DNA from: Clostridia bacterium
Lineage (GTDB): Bacteria > Bacillota > Clostridia > Oscillospirales > CAG-272
Reading direction: 5' to 3'
DNA length: 64,000 nucleotides
Assembly (NCBI GenBank): GCA_017547655.1
Contig: JAFYPF010000001.1
Span: forward strand, 72,643-136,642
A program made the position numbers and the translations under genes. Of this stretch, positions 18,840 to 28,144 are shown piece by piece (the stretch's first letter is position 1; each line of letters begins with the position of its first letter). Below the pieces are notes generated by a model. That model saw only the letters and a program-made list of their open reading frames with translations, was not told where the DNA came from and made no database searches.

Positions 18840-20287
18840 TGGAAAGTAATCTGAAAAAACGTGCTATTGCGAGCACAATATGGAAGTTTTCAGAACGTAT
18901 TCTTGCGCAGGTCGTCTCGCTTTTTGTCTCAATTATCATTGCAAGAATTTTGGACCCATCGGATTATAGTGTTGTAAGTTTGGTTACAATTTTTTTCACG
19001 ATTGCCAACGTATTTATTTCTGGCGGTTTTAATACGGCGTTGATACAAAAGAAGGATGCAGATCCAGAGGATTATTCATCTGTTATATTTATTAGTGTTA
19101 TAATCTCTCTTGTTGCTTATTTAGCACTTTTCTTAAGTGCCCCGCTGATTGCTACAAAATATGAGCAACCGATTCTTGTTGGGGTTATCAGAGTTATGGG
19201 CTTGACGTTACCTGTAAATGCAATAAAATCAATTTGGTGTGCATATATTTCTTCAAGCTTACAGTTCAAAAAATTCTTTTTTGCGACAATAGGCGGAACT
19301 GTATTATCTGGTGTTGTCGGTGTTACAATGGCTGTTTGTGGTTTGGGTGTTTGGGCTTTGGTTGCTCAACAAATGACGAATACAGTGGTTGATACGTTGA
19401 TTCTCATTATAACAACTCGAATCAAATTCGCAAAAAGTATCTCATTCTCAAGACTGAAATCACTGTTTCAATATGGCTGGAAGGTTTTTGGGTCTTCATT
19501 AATAGGTATAATATATTCCGAAACTACCCCTCTTGTTATAGGATTGAAGTTTGCCCCAAGCGATTTATCGTTCTATACAAAAGGGAAAAGCTTCCCTGGA
19601 TTGTTGTCAACAACGGTAACAAACACTTTGTCGGCGGTATTGTTTCCCGTAATTGCAAAATGCCAGGATGACAAAGAGAAGGTTTTGCTTTCCACAAGAA
19701 TGTTTGTTAGATACGGTTCTTTTATAACGTTTCCCGCTTTGTTGGGTTTTCTTGCTGTTGCTGATAATTTCGTTGAAGTAGTTTTGGCTGCAAAATGGTT
19801 AGATGCTGTATATTATATCAGGTTGTTTTGTATTGTTGCGATGTTTGATATAATAGGTATTGGTAATTGCGAATCAATAAAAGCAATTGGGAAAAGCGGT
19901 GTGTATCTAATTATGGAAATAATAAAGAAATCACTTTATTTCTTGGTTCTGATTTTCTTTATTACTTTGTCTCCAAGTGCAGAAACCCTTGCTTTGTCTT
20001 ACGTTGTTTGTGCATTTATTGCTTTGACAGTAAATTCTATACCTAATATTACTTTGATTGGTTATAAAATCAAGTATCAATTTTTAGATATGTTTCCAAG
20101 TATGATTTGCTCGCTTCTTATGATGGCCTTGGTTTTATTGGTTGGAAAAATTGAAATGCCTTTGGTTTTATCTTTATTAGTACAGGTGTTGTTCGGAGGA
20201 ATATCATACGTTTTGATATCTATGATGCTGAACAGAGCATTGTTTAGTGAGGTTTTGGGCATGATGAAGGGATTGAAAAAAAGATGA
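18839..20287 (+). CDS. wzx: Wzx-type oligosaccharide flippase (MOP/PST family)
   Basis: About 482 aa with 12-14 TM segments. The N-terminal WKFSERILAQVVSLFVSIIIARIL is typical of 'polysaccharide biosynthesis protein'. The ATG overlaps the upstream TGA. Confidence 0.8.
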   Translation: MESNLKKRAIASTIWKFSERILAQVVSLFVSIIIARILDPSDYSVVSLVTIFFTIANVFISGGFNTALIQKKDADPEDYSSVIFISVIISLVAYLALFLSAPLIATKYEQPILVGVIRVMGLTLPVNAIKSIWCAYISSSLQFKKFFFATIGGTVLSGVVGVTMAVCGLGVWALVAQQMTNTVVDTLILIITTRIKFAKSISFSRLKSLFQYGWKVFGSSLIGIIYSETTPLVIGLKFAPSDLSFYTKGKSFPGLLSTTVTNTLSAVLFPVIAKCQDDKEKVLLSTRMFVRYGSFITFPALLGFLAVADNFVEVVLAAKWLDAVYYIRLFCIVAMFDIIGIGNCESIKAIGKSGVYLIMEIIKKSLYFLVLIFFITLSPSAETLALSYVVCAFIALTVNSIPNITLIGYKIKYQFLDMFPSMICSLLMMALVLLVGKIEMPLVLSLLVQVLFGGISYVLISMMLNRALFSEVLGMMKGLKKR

Positions 20288-21519
20288 ATGTTTTTTCGAA
20301 AATAAAAGTTAGACTGAAACTTGTGTTTGATTCATGTTTCTTGTTTTTTCGTTTTCTTTGCGTATATATAGTACTTCAGTTGAAACATCGTGATTGGTTG
20401 GAAAAAGACATTTGGTTAATTCGAGAAAAACCTAACGAAGCAAGAGATAATGGATATCATTTTTTTAAATACATGCGAAATAACCACCCCCAAATACAAA
20501 CGTTTTTTGTGATTTCTAAAAACGCACCTGATTATTCAAAGGTGGAAAGTTTTGGAAACATAATTGAAACAAATAGTTTTCAACACGTTTTGTTGTACCT
20601 GGCTTGTAGATATAGTATTTCTTCACAGGCTTATGGCGCATATCCTTTTAAGATGGATATGAAGCAAATAAAGATGAGTAGCAGATTTTGCAATAAAAAT
20701 CAGAAAGTGATATTTCTTCAGCACGGAATAACAAAAGATAGTTTATCACACTCAGCGTTTGACGAAGATAAGTGCAATATAGACTATTTTGTTACAAGTA
20801 CAGAGCAAGAATATCAGTTTATAAAAGAACGCCATGGGTATAACGAAAAGAATATTGGCTGCACTGGTTTGTGCAGATTCGACAACTTGTTCAAAGCAAA
20901 AGGAACCGAAGAAAATATTATTTTGATTATGCCAACATGGAGAACTTGGCTTGGTTCAAGTGATCCCAATATGGTAGTTACTGAAGCAGAAAAACAACAA
21001 TTTGCATCGAGTGACTTTTATAATCGTTATGTTAAATTGCTCACAGATCCAACGCTGAAAGAAATACTGGGGAAATACGATTTTAAGATTGTTTTCTATT
21101 TGCATTATCAAATTCAAAAATATACCGAGCTTTTTGTGCCTTTGTGCGATGAACGTGTTATCATTGCTGGAAAAAAAGCTTATGATGTTCAAGACTTGCT
21201 TATGAAATCAAAAATAATGATTACAGATTACTCGTCGGTGTTTTTTGATTTTGCATATATGAAGAAGCCTCTTATATATTATCAATTTGATGAGAATAGA
21301 TTCTTTTCAAATCATTATCAAAAAGGATATTTTTCATATTATGATGATGGGTTTGGTGTGGTGTGTCATGGTCATAATGAGGTTGTTAGCGAACTACAAG
21401 GCATTTTTGAAAACGGGTGTCAGCTAACAGATAAATATTTGAAAAGAATCGAAGGTTGTTTCAAATATACGGATGCTGGCAATTGCCAGAGAACTTATGA
21501 AGCTATTTTGAAGTTATAG
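20284..21519 (+). CDS. CDP-glycerol glycerophosphotransferase family protein (TagB/TagF-like)
   Basis: 411 aa. It has MPTWR and ITDYSSVFFDFAYMKKPLIYYQFD, both characteristic of the TagF family. Confidence 0.8.
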   Translation: MNVFSKIKVRLKLVFDSCFLFFRFLCVYIVLQLKHRDWLEKDIWLIREKPNEARDNGYHFFKYMRNNHPQIQTFFVISKNAPDYSKVESFGNIIETNSFQHVLLYLACRYSISSQAYGAYPFKMDMKQIKMSSRFCNKNQKVIFLQHGITKDSLSHSAFDEDKCNIDYFVTSTEQEYQFIKERHGYNEKNIGCTGLCRFDNLFKAKGTEENIILIMPTWRTWLGSSDPNMVVTEAEKQQFASSDFYNRYVKLLTDPTLKEILGKYDFKIVFYLHYQIQKYTELFVPLCDERVIIAGKKAYDVQDLLMKSKIMITDYSSVFFDFAYMKKPLIYYQFDENRFFSNHYQKGYFSYYDDGFGVVCHGHNEVVSELQGIFENGCQLTDKYLKRIEGCFKYTDAGNCQRTYEAILKL

Positions 21520-21537
21520 ATATAAGGAGAAATAAAC

Positions 21538-22584
21538 ATGTCATCATTTACAAACAAAACATTACTTATTACAGGTGGTACAGGTTCGTTTGGTAACGCT
21601 GTGCTCAATAGATTTTTGAAGACTGATATCGGAGAAATACGTATTTTTTCGCGCGATGAGAAAAAGCAGGACGATATGCGTCACGAGTTTCAGGCAAAGA
21701 TGCCTGAAGTAGCTGACAAAATTAAATTCTACATCGGTGACGTTCGTGATATCGCAAGTGTAAAAAATGCTATGCACGGTGTTGACTATATTTTCCATGC
21801 GGCAGCACTCAAACAGGTTCCGTCCTGCGAATTCTTCCCGATTGAAGCTGTAAAAACAAACGTTCTCGGTACTGAAAACGTTCTCACTGCTGCAATTGAT
21901 GCCGGTGTAAAAAATATCGTTTGTCTTTCAACCGATAAAGCGGCATATCCTGTTAACGCTATGGGAACTTCAAAGGCAATGATGGAAAAGGTTATTGTCG
22001 CAAAAGCGAGAACGGTAAACCCTGAAAAAACTAAAATTTGCTGCACACGTTACGGAAACGTTATGTGTTCTCGCGGTTCTGTTATTCCGCTTTGGATCGA
22101 CCAAATCAGAAGCGGTCAGCCTATAACACTTACCGACCCCACAATGACTCGTTTTATTATGTCGCTTGATGAGGCGGTTGACCTTGTTCTCTTTGCGTTT
22201 GAGCACGGTGTTTCAGGTGATATACTTGTTCAAAAAGCTCCTGCTTGTACCATTCAGACACAGGCTGAAGCGGTATGCGAATTGTTTGGCGGCGACAAGA
22301 ATAATATCAAGGTTATCGGTATTCGTCACGGCGAAAAAATGTACGAAACTCTTCTCACAAACGAGGAGTGCGCAAATGCTATCGATATGGGTAATTTTTA
22401 TCGTGTTCCCTCGGATAAGCGTGGTCTTAACTATGATAAGTATTTCAAAGACGGTAACGTCGAACGTAATACTCTTACTGAATTTAATTCAAATAATACT
22501 ATGCTTCTTACTGTTGAAGAAACAAAAACAAAAATTGCTTCATTGGAATATATTCAGGAAGAACTTGCAAAGGATGCTAAATAA
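21538..22584 (+). CDS. fnlA: UDP-N-acetylglucosamine 4,6-dehydratase/5-epimerase (FnlA/CapE/WbjB)
   Basis: 348 aa. It has LLITGGTGSFGNAV and IRIFSRDEKKQ. The gene order matches the FnlB-like and FnlC-like genes that follow. Confidence 0.88.
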   Translation: MSSFTNKTLLITGGTGSFGNAVLNRFLKTDIGEIRIFSRDEKKQDDMRHEFQAKMPEVADKIKFYIGDVRDIASVKNAMHGVDYIFHAAALKQVPSCEFFPIEAVKTNVLGTENVLTAAIDAGVKNIVCLSTDKAAYPVNAMGTSKAMMEKVIVAKARTVNPEKTKICCTRYGNVMCSRGSVIPLWIDQIRSGQPITLTDPTMTRFIMSLDEAVDLVLFAFEHGVSGDILVQKAPACTIQTQAEAVCELFGGDKNNIKVIGIRHGEKMYETLLTNEECANAIDMGNFYRVPSDKRGLNYDKYFKDGNVERNTLTEFNSNNTMLLTVEETKTKIASLEYIQEELAKDAK

Positions 22585-22586
22585 CT

Positions 22587-23786
22587 ATGAATATACTTGT
22601 TACAGGGGCGGCGGGGTTTGTCGGTAAAAATCTTGTTGCTTCGCTAAAAAATATTAAAGATGGCAAAGATAAAACGCGCCCCAATATTCAAATTGAAGAA
22701 ATTTTTGAATATGACATTGACACTGATCCTGCTTTGCTTGACGGATATTGTAAACAAGCGGACTTTGTGTTCAATCTTGCCGGCGTAAACCGTCCTCAAA
22801 ATCCCGAAGAGTTTATGCAGGGGAATTTTGGGTTTGCATCAACATTGCTTGATACGTTGAAAAAGTATAATAACACTTGCCCGATTATGATTTCATCGTC
22901 AATTCAAGCAACTTGCATTGGCAGATATGACAGCGACTATGGCAGAAGCAAGAAGGCAGGCGAGGAGCTTGTATTTGATTATGCAGAACAAACGGGTGCA
23001 AAAGTTTTGGTGTATAGATTCCCAAACCTCTTTGGCAAGTGGTGCAGACCAAACTATAATTCTGCAGTTGCTACGTTCTGTAATAATATAGCTAATGATT
23101 TACCTATTCAGGTGAATGACAGAGCTATTCAGCTTGAACTTCTATATATAGATGACCTCGTTCAAGAAATGTTTGATGCTTTGGAGGGCAAAGAGCATCG
23201 TTGCGAGTTTGACGGAATTGATACTGTAATTTGTGAAAATGGCAAATACTGTGCTGTTCCTATAACGCATAAAGTTACCTTGGGTGAGATAGTTGACTTG
23301 CTTGACTCGTTTAAGAATCAGCCGCGTTCTTTGGTAATGCCCGAGATTCCCGATAATTCGTTTGCAAAAAAATTATATTCTACATATCTTTCGTATCTTC
23401 CCAAAGAAAAGGCGATCTTTCCTCTTAAGATGAACGTAGATGCTCGTGGAAGCTTTACAGAGCTTATTAAAAGCGAAAACTGTGGACAAGTTTCAGTCAA
23501 TATATCAAAGCCGGGAATAACTAAAGGACAGCATTGGCATCATTCAAAATGGGAGTTCTTTATTGTAGTCAGTGGACATGGACTTATTCAAGAACGTAAA
23601 ATTGGCTCTGATGAGGTTTTGAATTTTGAGGTTTCCGGAGATAAAATTGAGGCAATACATATGCTTCCCGGATATACACACAATATTATAAACCTTTCGG
23701 ATACAGAAGACCTTGTTACTGTTATGTGGGCGAATGAACAGTTTGATCCCAATAAACCCGACACTTTTTTTGAGGTGGTTGAGTAA
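22587..23786 (+). CDS. fnlB: UDP-2-acetamido-2,6-dideoxy-hexulose reductase/epimerase with C-terminal cupin (FnlB/CapF/WbjC)
   Basis: 399 aa. An N-terminal SDR (VTGAAGFVGKNL) is joined to a C-terminal cupin (GQHWHHSKWE), the two-domain architecture characteristic of CapF. Confidence 0.82.
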   Translation: MNILVTGAAGFVGKNLVASLKNIKDGKDKTRPNIQIEEIFEYDIDTDPALLDGYCKQADFVFNLAGVNRPQNPEEFMQGNFGFASTLLDTLKKYNNTCPIMISSSIQATCIGRYDSDYGRSKKAGEELVFDYAEQTGAKVLVYRFPNLFGKWCRPNYNSAVATFCNNIANDLPIQVNDRAIQLELLYIDDLVQEMFDALEGKEHRCEFDGIDTVICENGKYCAVPITHKVTLGEIVDLLDSFKNQPRSLVMPEIPDNSFAKKLYSTYLSYLPKEKAIFPLKMNVDARGSFTELIKSENCGQVSVNISKPGITKGQHWHHSKWEFFIVVSGHGLIQERKIGSDEVLNFEVSGDKIEAIHMLPGYTHNIINLSDTEDLVTVMWANEQFDPNKPDTFFEVVE

Positions 23787-24301
23787 TGAGACTTATCATT
23801 ATAGGCGCCGGCGGCTACGGCAGGGTTATTGCTGAAATTGCTGAAAGAACGAACAAATATAGTAAAATAAGTTTTCTTGATGACAACAGCACCGATAGCA
23901 GAGTGGTGGGGAAATGCGGCGATTATTTAGAGTATATTAACGGAGAAACCGAGTTTTACGTTGCGTTCGGAGCAAATGAATTCAGACTTGATTGGGTTAA
24001 TAAGCTTCTTGCAAAGGGAGCTAACGTTGCTACCATCATTGACGAGAGTGCATATATAAGTCCAAGTGCAGTAATTGGTATTGGTTCAGCCGTTCTTCCA
24101 AAAGCTGTGGTTAATACCAAATGCGTTATAAACAATGGTGTAATCGTTAATTGTGGCGCTGTAATTGACCACGATTGTATTATAGGAGAGGGTACTCATA
24201 TTTGTCTTAATACAGTGATAAAAGCAGAAAACAGCATTCCTGATCTTATAAAGATTGATGCTGGCGTGGTAATTGAAAACAGAAAATATCCCATAAAATA
24301 A
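23786..24301 (+). CDS. NeuD/PglD-family hexapeptide sugar acyltransferase
   Basis: 171 aa. IIGAGGYGR forms an N-terminal Rossmann-like subdomain, followed by a C-terminal LbH (NNGVIVNCGAVIDHDCIIGEGTHI). Confidence 0.75.
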   Translation: MRLIIIGAGGYGRVIAEIAERTNKYSKISFLDDNSTDSRVVGKCGDYLEYINGETEFYVAFGANEFRLDWVNKLLAKGANVATIIDESAYISPSAVIGIGSAVLPKAVVNTKCVINNGVIVNCGAVIDHDCIIGEGTHICLNTVIKAENSIPDLIKIDAGVVIENRKYPIK

Positions 24302-24313
24302 TAGAGGTGTAAT

Positions 24314-25498
24314 ATGGATATCAGAACAGACTATAGTGATATAAAATTTAAAGATAATGGCAAACTGAAGCTTCTCATTATAGTGGGCACAAGGCCGGAA
24401 ATTATTCGTCTTGCGGCTGTAATAAATAAGTGTAGAAAGTATTTTGACACAATTCTTGCGCATACAGGCCAAAACTATGACTATAACCTTAACGGTGTAT
24501 TTTTTCGTGATTTGAAGCTTGACAATCCCGAAGTATATATGGATGCTGTAGGCGATGACCTTGGCGCGACGGTTGGAAATATTATTAACTGTTCATACAA
24601 GCTTATGAATCAGATTAAGCCTGATGCGCTACTCATTCTTGGTGATACGAACTCATGTCTTTCGGCAATTGCTGCAAAGAGACTTCATATTCCGATTTTC
24701 CATATGGAAGCGGGAAATCGCTGTAAAGACGAGTGTTTGCCTGAAGAAACAAACCGCCGTATTGTTGATATTATATCTGACGTTAACCTTGCGTATTCCG
24801 AACATGCAAGAAAGTATCTACACGAGTGTGGTCTTCCCAAAGAAAGGGTTTATGTTACAGGCTCACCTATGGCGGAAGTTTTGCACAAAAATCTTGCTGA
24901 AATTGAGGCTTCTGACGTTCATAAACGTTTAGGACTTGAAAAGGGTAAATATATTCTTCTTTCTGCTCACAGAGAAGAGAATATTGATACCGAAAATAAC
25001 TTCCTTAGTTTGTTTACGGCTATAAATAAAATGGCAGAAAAGTACGATATGCCTATATTGTATTCTTGCCACCCGCGTTCGAGAAAGCGTTTGGAGCAGT
25101 CCGGATTTAAGCTTGATAAGAGGGTTATTCAAAATGAACCTTTGGGCTTCCATGACTATAACTGTTTGCAAATGAATGCGTTTGCGGTTGTGTCCGATTC
25201 GGGTACGCTTCCCGAAGAAAGCAGCTTCTTTACAAGTGTCGGATATCCTTTCCCCGCAGTATGTATCAGAACTTCGACAGAACGCCCCGAAGCGTTAGAT
25301 AAGGCTTGTTTCGTACTTGCGGGTATTGACGAAAAGAGTCTTTTGCAGGCTGTTGATACGGCTGTATCAATGAACGTTGATGGTGAACTTGGAATTCCTG
25401 TTCCGGACTATGTTGAGGAAAACGTATCAACCAAAGTTGTAAAGCTTATTCAAAGCTACACCGGTGTTGTTGATAAAATGGTTTGGAGAAAGTATTAA
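24314..25498 (+). CDS. fnlC: UDP-N-acetylglucosamine 2-epimerase, non-hydrolysing (FnlC/CapG/WbjD)
   Basis: 394 aa. It has VGTRPEIIRL, HTGQNYD, GDTNS and EAGNR, the motifs of the WecB/FnlC family. Confidence 0.88.
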   Translation: MDIRTDYSDIKFKDNGKLKLLIIVGTRPEIIRLAAVINKCRKYFDTILAHTGQNYDYNLNGVFFRDLKLDNPEVYMDAVGDDLGATVGNIINCSYKLMNQIKPDALLILGDTNSCLSAIAAKRLHIPIFHMEAGNRCKDECLPEETNRRIVDIISDVNLAYSEHARKYLHECGLPKERVYVTGSPMAEVLHKNLAEIEASDVHKRLGLEKGKYILLSAHREENIDTENNFLSLFTAINKMAEKYDMPILYSCHPRSRKRLEQSGFKLDKRVIQNEPLGFHDYNCLQMNAFAVVSDSGTLPEESSFFTSVGYPFPAVCIRTSTERPEALDKACFVLAGIDEKSLLQAVDTAVSMNVDGELGIPVPDYVEENVSTKVVKLIQSYTGVVDKMVWRKY

Positions 25499-25541
25499 AA
25501 AAATCTCCCTTCTTTTTTTGAAGAAGGGAGATTTTTTTTAT
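25497..25541. terminator. Bidirectional Rho-independent terminator (end of polysaccharide operon / end of spoIVB)
   Basis: Perfect 12-bp stem aaatctcccttc (25501-25512) / gaagggagattt (25523-25534), flanked by A-run and T-run. Confidence 0.85.
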
Positions 25542-26797
25542 TCCATTATTTCGGGCATGTTTTTGAGCATATTTTCGATAAAGATTCCATAACCCTTTGT
25601 TGGATCATTTACTAAAACATGTGTGATGGCACCGACAAGTTTTCCGTTCTGGATAATCGGACTTCCCGACATACCTTGAACTATTCCGCCTGTTGCCTCT
25701 AATAACCGTTTGTCTGTTATCTTTATCACAAAATTCTTTTGCTCGCCCTCTTTGTTGCCTATCTTTACAATTTTCGCAGTATACTTTTCAACATCTTTCG
25801 ATATTGTGCAGTATATCTCTGCATCACCTATTTCAACATCATCTTTTAATCCTATCTTTAATGGCTCACTGTGGGATAAATCTATTTTTTCACTCATTAT
25901 ACCATATACGCCGCACGTCTTGTTGCCTATAAGTGATCCCGTACGTCCCGGCAAAAATACTCCCTTCAATTCTCCCGGAGTCCCCGTAACGCCCTTTGTT
26001 ATTCCTTTTATGCTTACGTCTACAACGGTTCCTTTCCGTAACGGCATAACTATTCCTGTGTCTACGTCACAAATCCCATGTCCAAGTCCTGCAAAACCGT
26101 TATTGTTAGGCGAAATAAAAGTAACCGTACCTATACCTGCCGTGCTGTCTCGCAACCACATTCCTGCCCTATACATTTTATCTGTTTCAGACAATGCCGG
26201 CTCTATCTCAATATTTAGTTCTTTGTTTGCTCTTACTACTGTAAATGCAATTTTCTTTCCTCCGCTTTGTTCTATCGCGGTACATATTTCGTCGGTTGTA
26301 TTAACTTCGTTTTCGCCTATCTTTTTTATTATATCACCGACTTTAATTCCCGCATTGACCGCCGGAGTTTTCTTCCCGTTTGCAGTTTCAACTCCCGATA
26401 CACCCGCAACAATTACGCCGTCAGTATAAAGCCTTACACCAAACGGCATTCCTCCGGGATATAATGTTATTTCACGAAATACATCAACGTTAACCTTTTT
26501 TAATGGTAATACACCAAATATTTTTGTGTTTGCTGACAGCAGTGAATAAAGTCTGTCTTCAGCTTTCGACTGAGATACTCTTTCACTTATTGGGACTGAT
26601 TCAATGTCGGCAGATACAAATGGTACGCTTATTTCCCGTGTAATCTCTTTATCTGTTATGTTTGAAAAAACAGATATAGTGTCGGGGATAATAAAATCAT
26701 ATATGCCTATTGTAGCTATACTGATAATGCATATAATAAAAATGATACGAAAAGCGTTTTTTACTTTTTTGTTTTGCATTTGAGTATCCCTTTTCAT
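25538..26797 (-). CDS. spoIVB: SpoIVB peptidase (S55 signalling serine protease, PDZ domain)
   Basis: 419 aa. It has an N-terminal TM, a PDZ region (GIKVGDIIKKIGENEV) and GMSGSPIIQNGKLVGAITHV, the catalytic Ser motif of S55. Confidence 0.88.
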   Translation of the reverse strand: MKRDTQMQNKKVKNAFRIIFIICIISIATIGIYDFIIPDTISVFSNITDKEITREISVPFVSADIESVPISERVSQSKAEDRLYSLLSANTKIFGVLPLKKVNVDVFREITLYPGGMPFGVRLYTDGVIVAGVSGVETANGKKTPAVNAGIKVGDIIKKIGENEVNTTDEICTAIEQSGGKKIAFTVVRANKELNIEIEPALSETDKMYRAGMWLRDSTAGIGTVTFISPNNNGFAGLGHGICDVDTGIVMPLRKGTVVDVSIKGITKGVTGTPGELKGVFLPGRTGSLIGNKTCGVYGIMSEKIDLSHSEPLKIGLKDDVEIGDAEIYCTISKDVEKYTAKIVKIGNKEGEQKNFVIKITDKRLLEATGGIVQGMSGSPIIQNGKLVGAITHVLVNDPTKGYGIFIENMLKNMPEIME

Positions 26798-27000
26798 ATT
26801 TTTTGCTCTAAATGATTTTGTTTTTCTGTCTGTTTCTATCTTGTGTTATTTAGTTAATGTTTATGTTATGAAAAAAATAGATTTACTGTATAATAATTTT
26901 CTCCTTGAGCAAAACTCATATTGAAAATTCTATTGCAAGATGAATTAAAATATGATATACTATTTGTAACAAGTAACTTAAATGTAGGAGAAGTTTTAAA

Positions 27001-28092
27001 ATGTCAAAAAATTATGATGATTATAAACCTTTGAATCCTATGCCGCCGAGAAGAAGGTCTAATTCAGTTCTTTCTTTTGTGCAGTATTCAATTATTGTAT
27101 TGCTTGTTGTTGCGCTAATTGCGGCAGGTGCATTTTTTATGGTTTTGCATAATAATTATGATGGCAATTCTACTCCGATTGAATCGGTAGAAACCTTATT
27201 TCCGAATGAAACAGAAGAATCGCCTTATCAGCAGCCCGGGGAGTCAGAAAACATAGGTGTGCAGCCGGATGAGCCTATTGAGCAAATACCTGAACCTGAT
27301 TCTGATACGTATGTTGAGATTCAGCTTTCCAAAGATGACATTCATAAAGGAAGTCTTATTTATGTCGGCAGCAATTATAAAGTTGTTTATCCTACAGAAG
27401 ACTTGATACCTCTTTTTGAAAATAAAACTAAATCCTATTCATTAAGCAGTAACAGTGTTATGATTAACAAGTGTATTTTAAGTGACCTTAATGCTATGAT
27501 GGATACTTTTAAGGAGGCATCAGGCAAAGCCGGGCTGACTGTTTGGACTGCATTCAGAGATGAGAAGACACAAGAACAAATATACAATGATTATGTTGCA
27601 AAAAATGGTGAGGAGGCTGCTAAAAAAGTTGTATCAAAACCCGGAGAGAGCGACCATAATACGGGACTTGGATTTTCACTCAAGGTCTTTACAAATGGTG
27701 TTGCATATCAGCTTTGGGAAATTGACGGATATGAGTGGATTAAAGAAAATTGCTATAAATACGGTTTTATTGAGCGTTATCCTGAATATAAGATTGACAA
27801 GACTAACATAAATTATTCTACAGCTTATTATCTGCGTTACGTTGGTATTCCGCACGCTGAAATAATGAATGCCGGTGATTATTGCCTTGAAGAATATCTT
27901 ACTTTTATAAAAGACTTTTCTTTTGCCAATGCTCATTATGAGTATATATCGGATAACGGAGACAAGTACGAGATTTACTATGTTAGTGCAGAAACGGAGA
28001 CGGACTCTGTTAATGTTCCGGTTCCTAAAGATTCTGAATATACCATATCCGGTGATAATATGAATGGTTTTATTGTTACCGTAAAAAAATAA
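27001..28092 (+). CDS. Membrane-anchored D-alanyl-D-alanine carboxypeptidase, VanY/M15B family
   Basis: 363 aa. An N-terminal TM and an acidic low-complexity linker are followed by SKPGESDHNTGLGF (SxHxxGxAxD-like Zn motif) and a later H motif (YVGIPHA). Confidence 0.75.
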   Translation: MSKNYDDYKPLNPMPPRRRSNSVLSFVQYSIIVLLVVALIAAGAFFMVLHNNYDGNSTPIESVETLFPNETEESPYQQPGESENIGVQPDEPIEQIPEPDSDTYVEIQLSKDDIHKGSLIYVGSNYKVVYPTEDLIPLFENKTKSYSLSSNSVMINKCILSDLNAMMDTFKEASGKAGLTVWTAFRDEKTQEQIYNDYVAKNGEEAAKKVVSKPGESDHNTGLGFSLKVFTNGVAYQLWEIDGYEWIKENCYKYGFIERYPEYKIDKTNINYSTAYYLRYVGIPHAEIMNAGDYCLEEYLTFIKDFSFANAHYEYISDNGDKYEIYYVSAETETDSVNVPVPKDSEYTISGDNMNGFIVTVKK

Positions 28093-28144
28093 TAAAATCC
28101 CTTTCAGAATTGATTTTTTCTGAAAGGGATTTTGTTTTTATAAA

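Noticed and set aside
22166-22627. 153-aa same-strand alternative-frame ORF spanning the fnlA/fnlB junction.
   Set aside because: It is out of frame with two well-supported genes, and its translation is a Leu/Ser/Arg-rich shadow sequence with no RBS.
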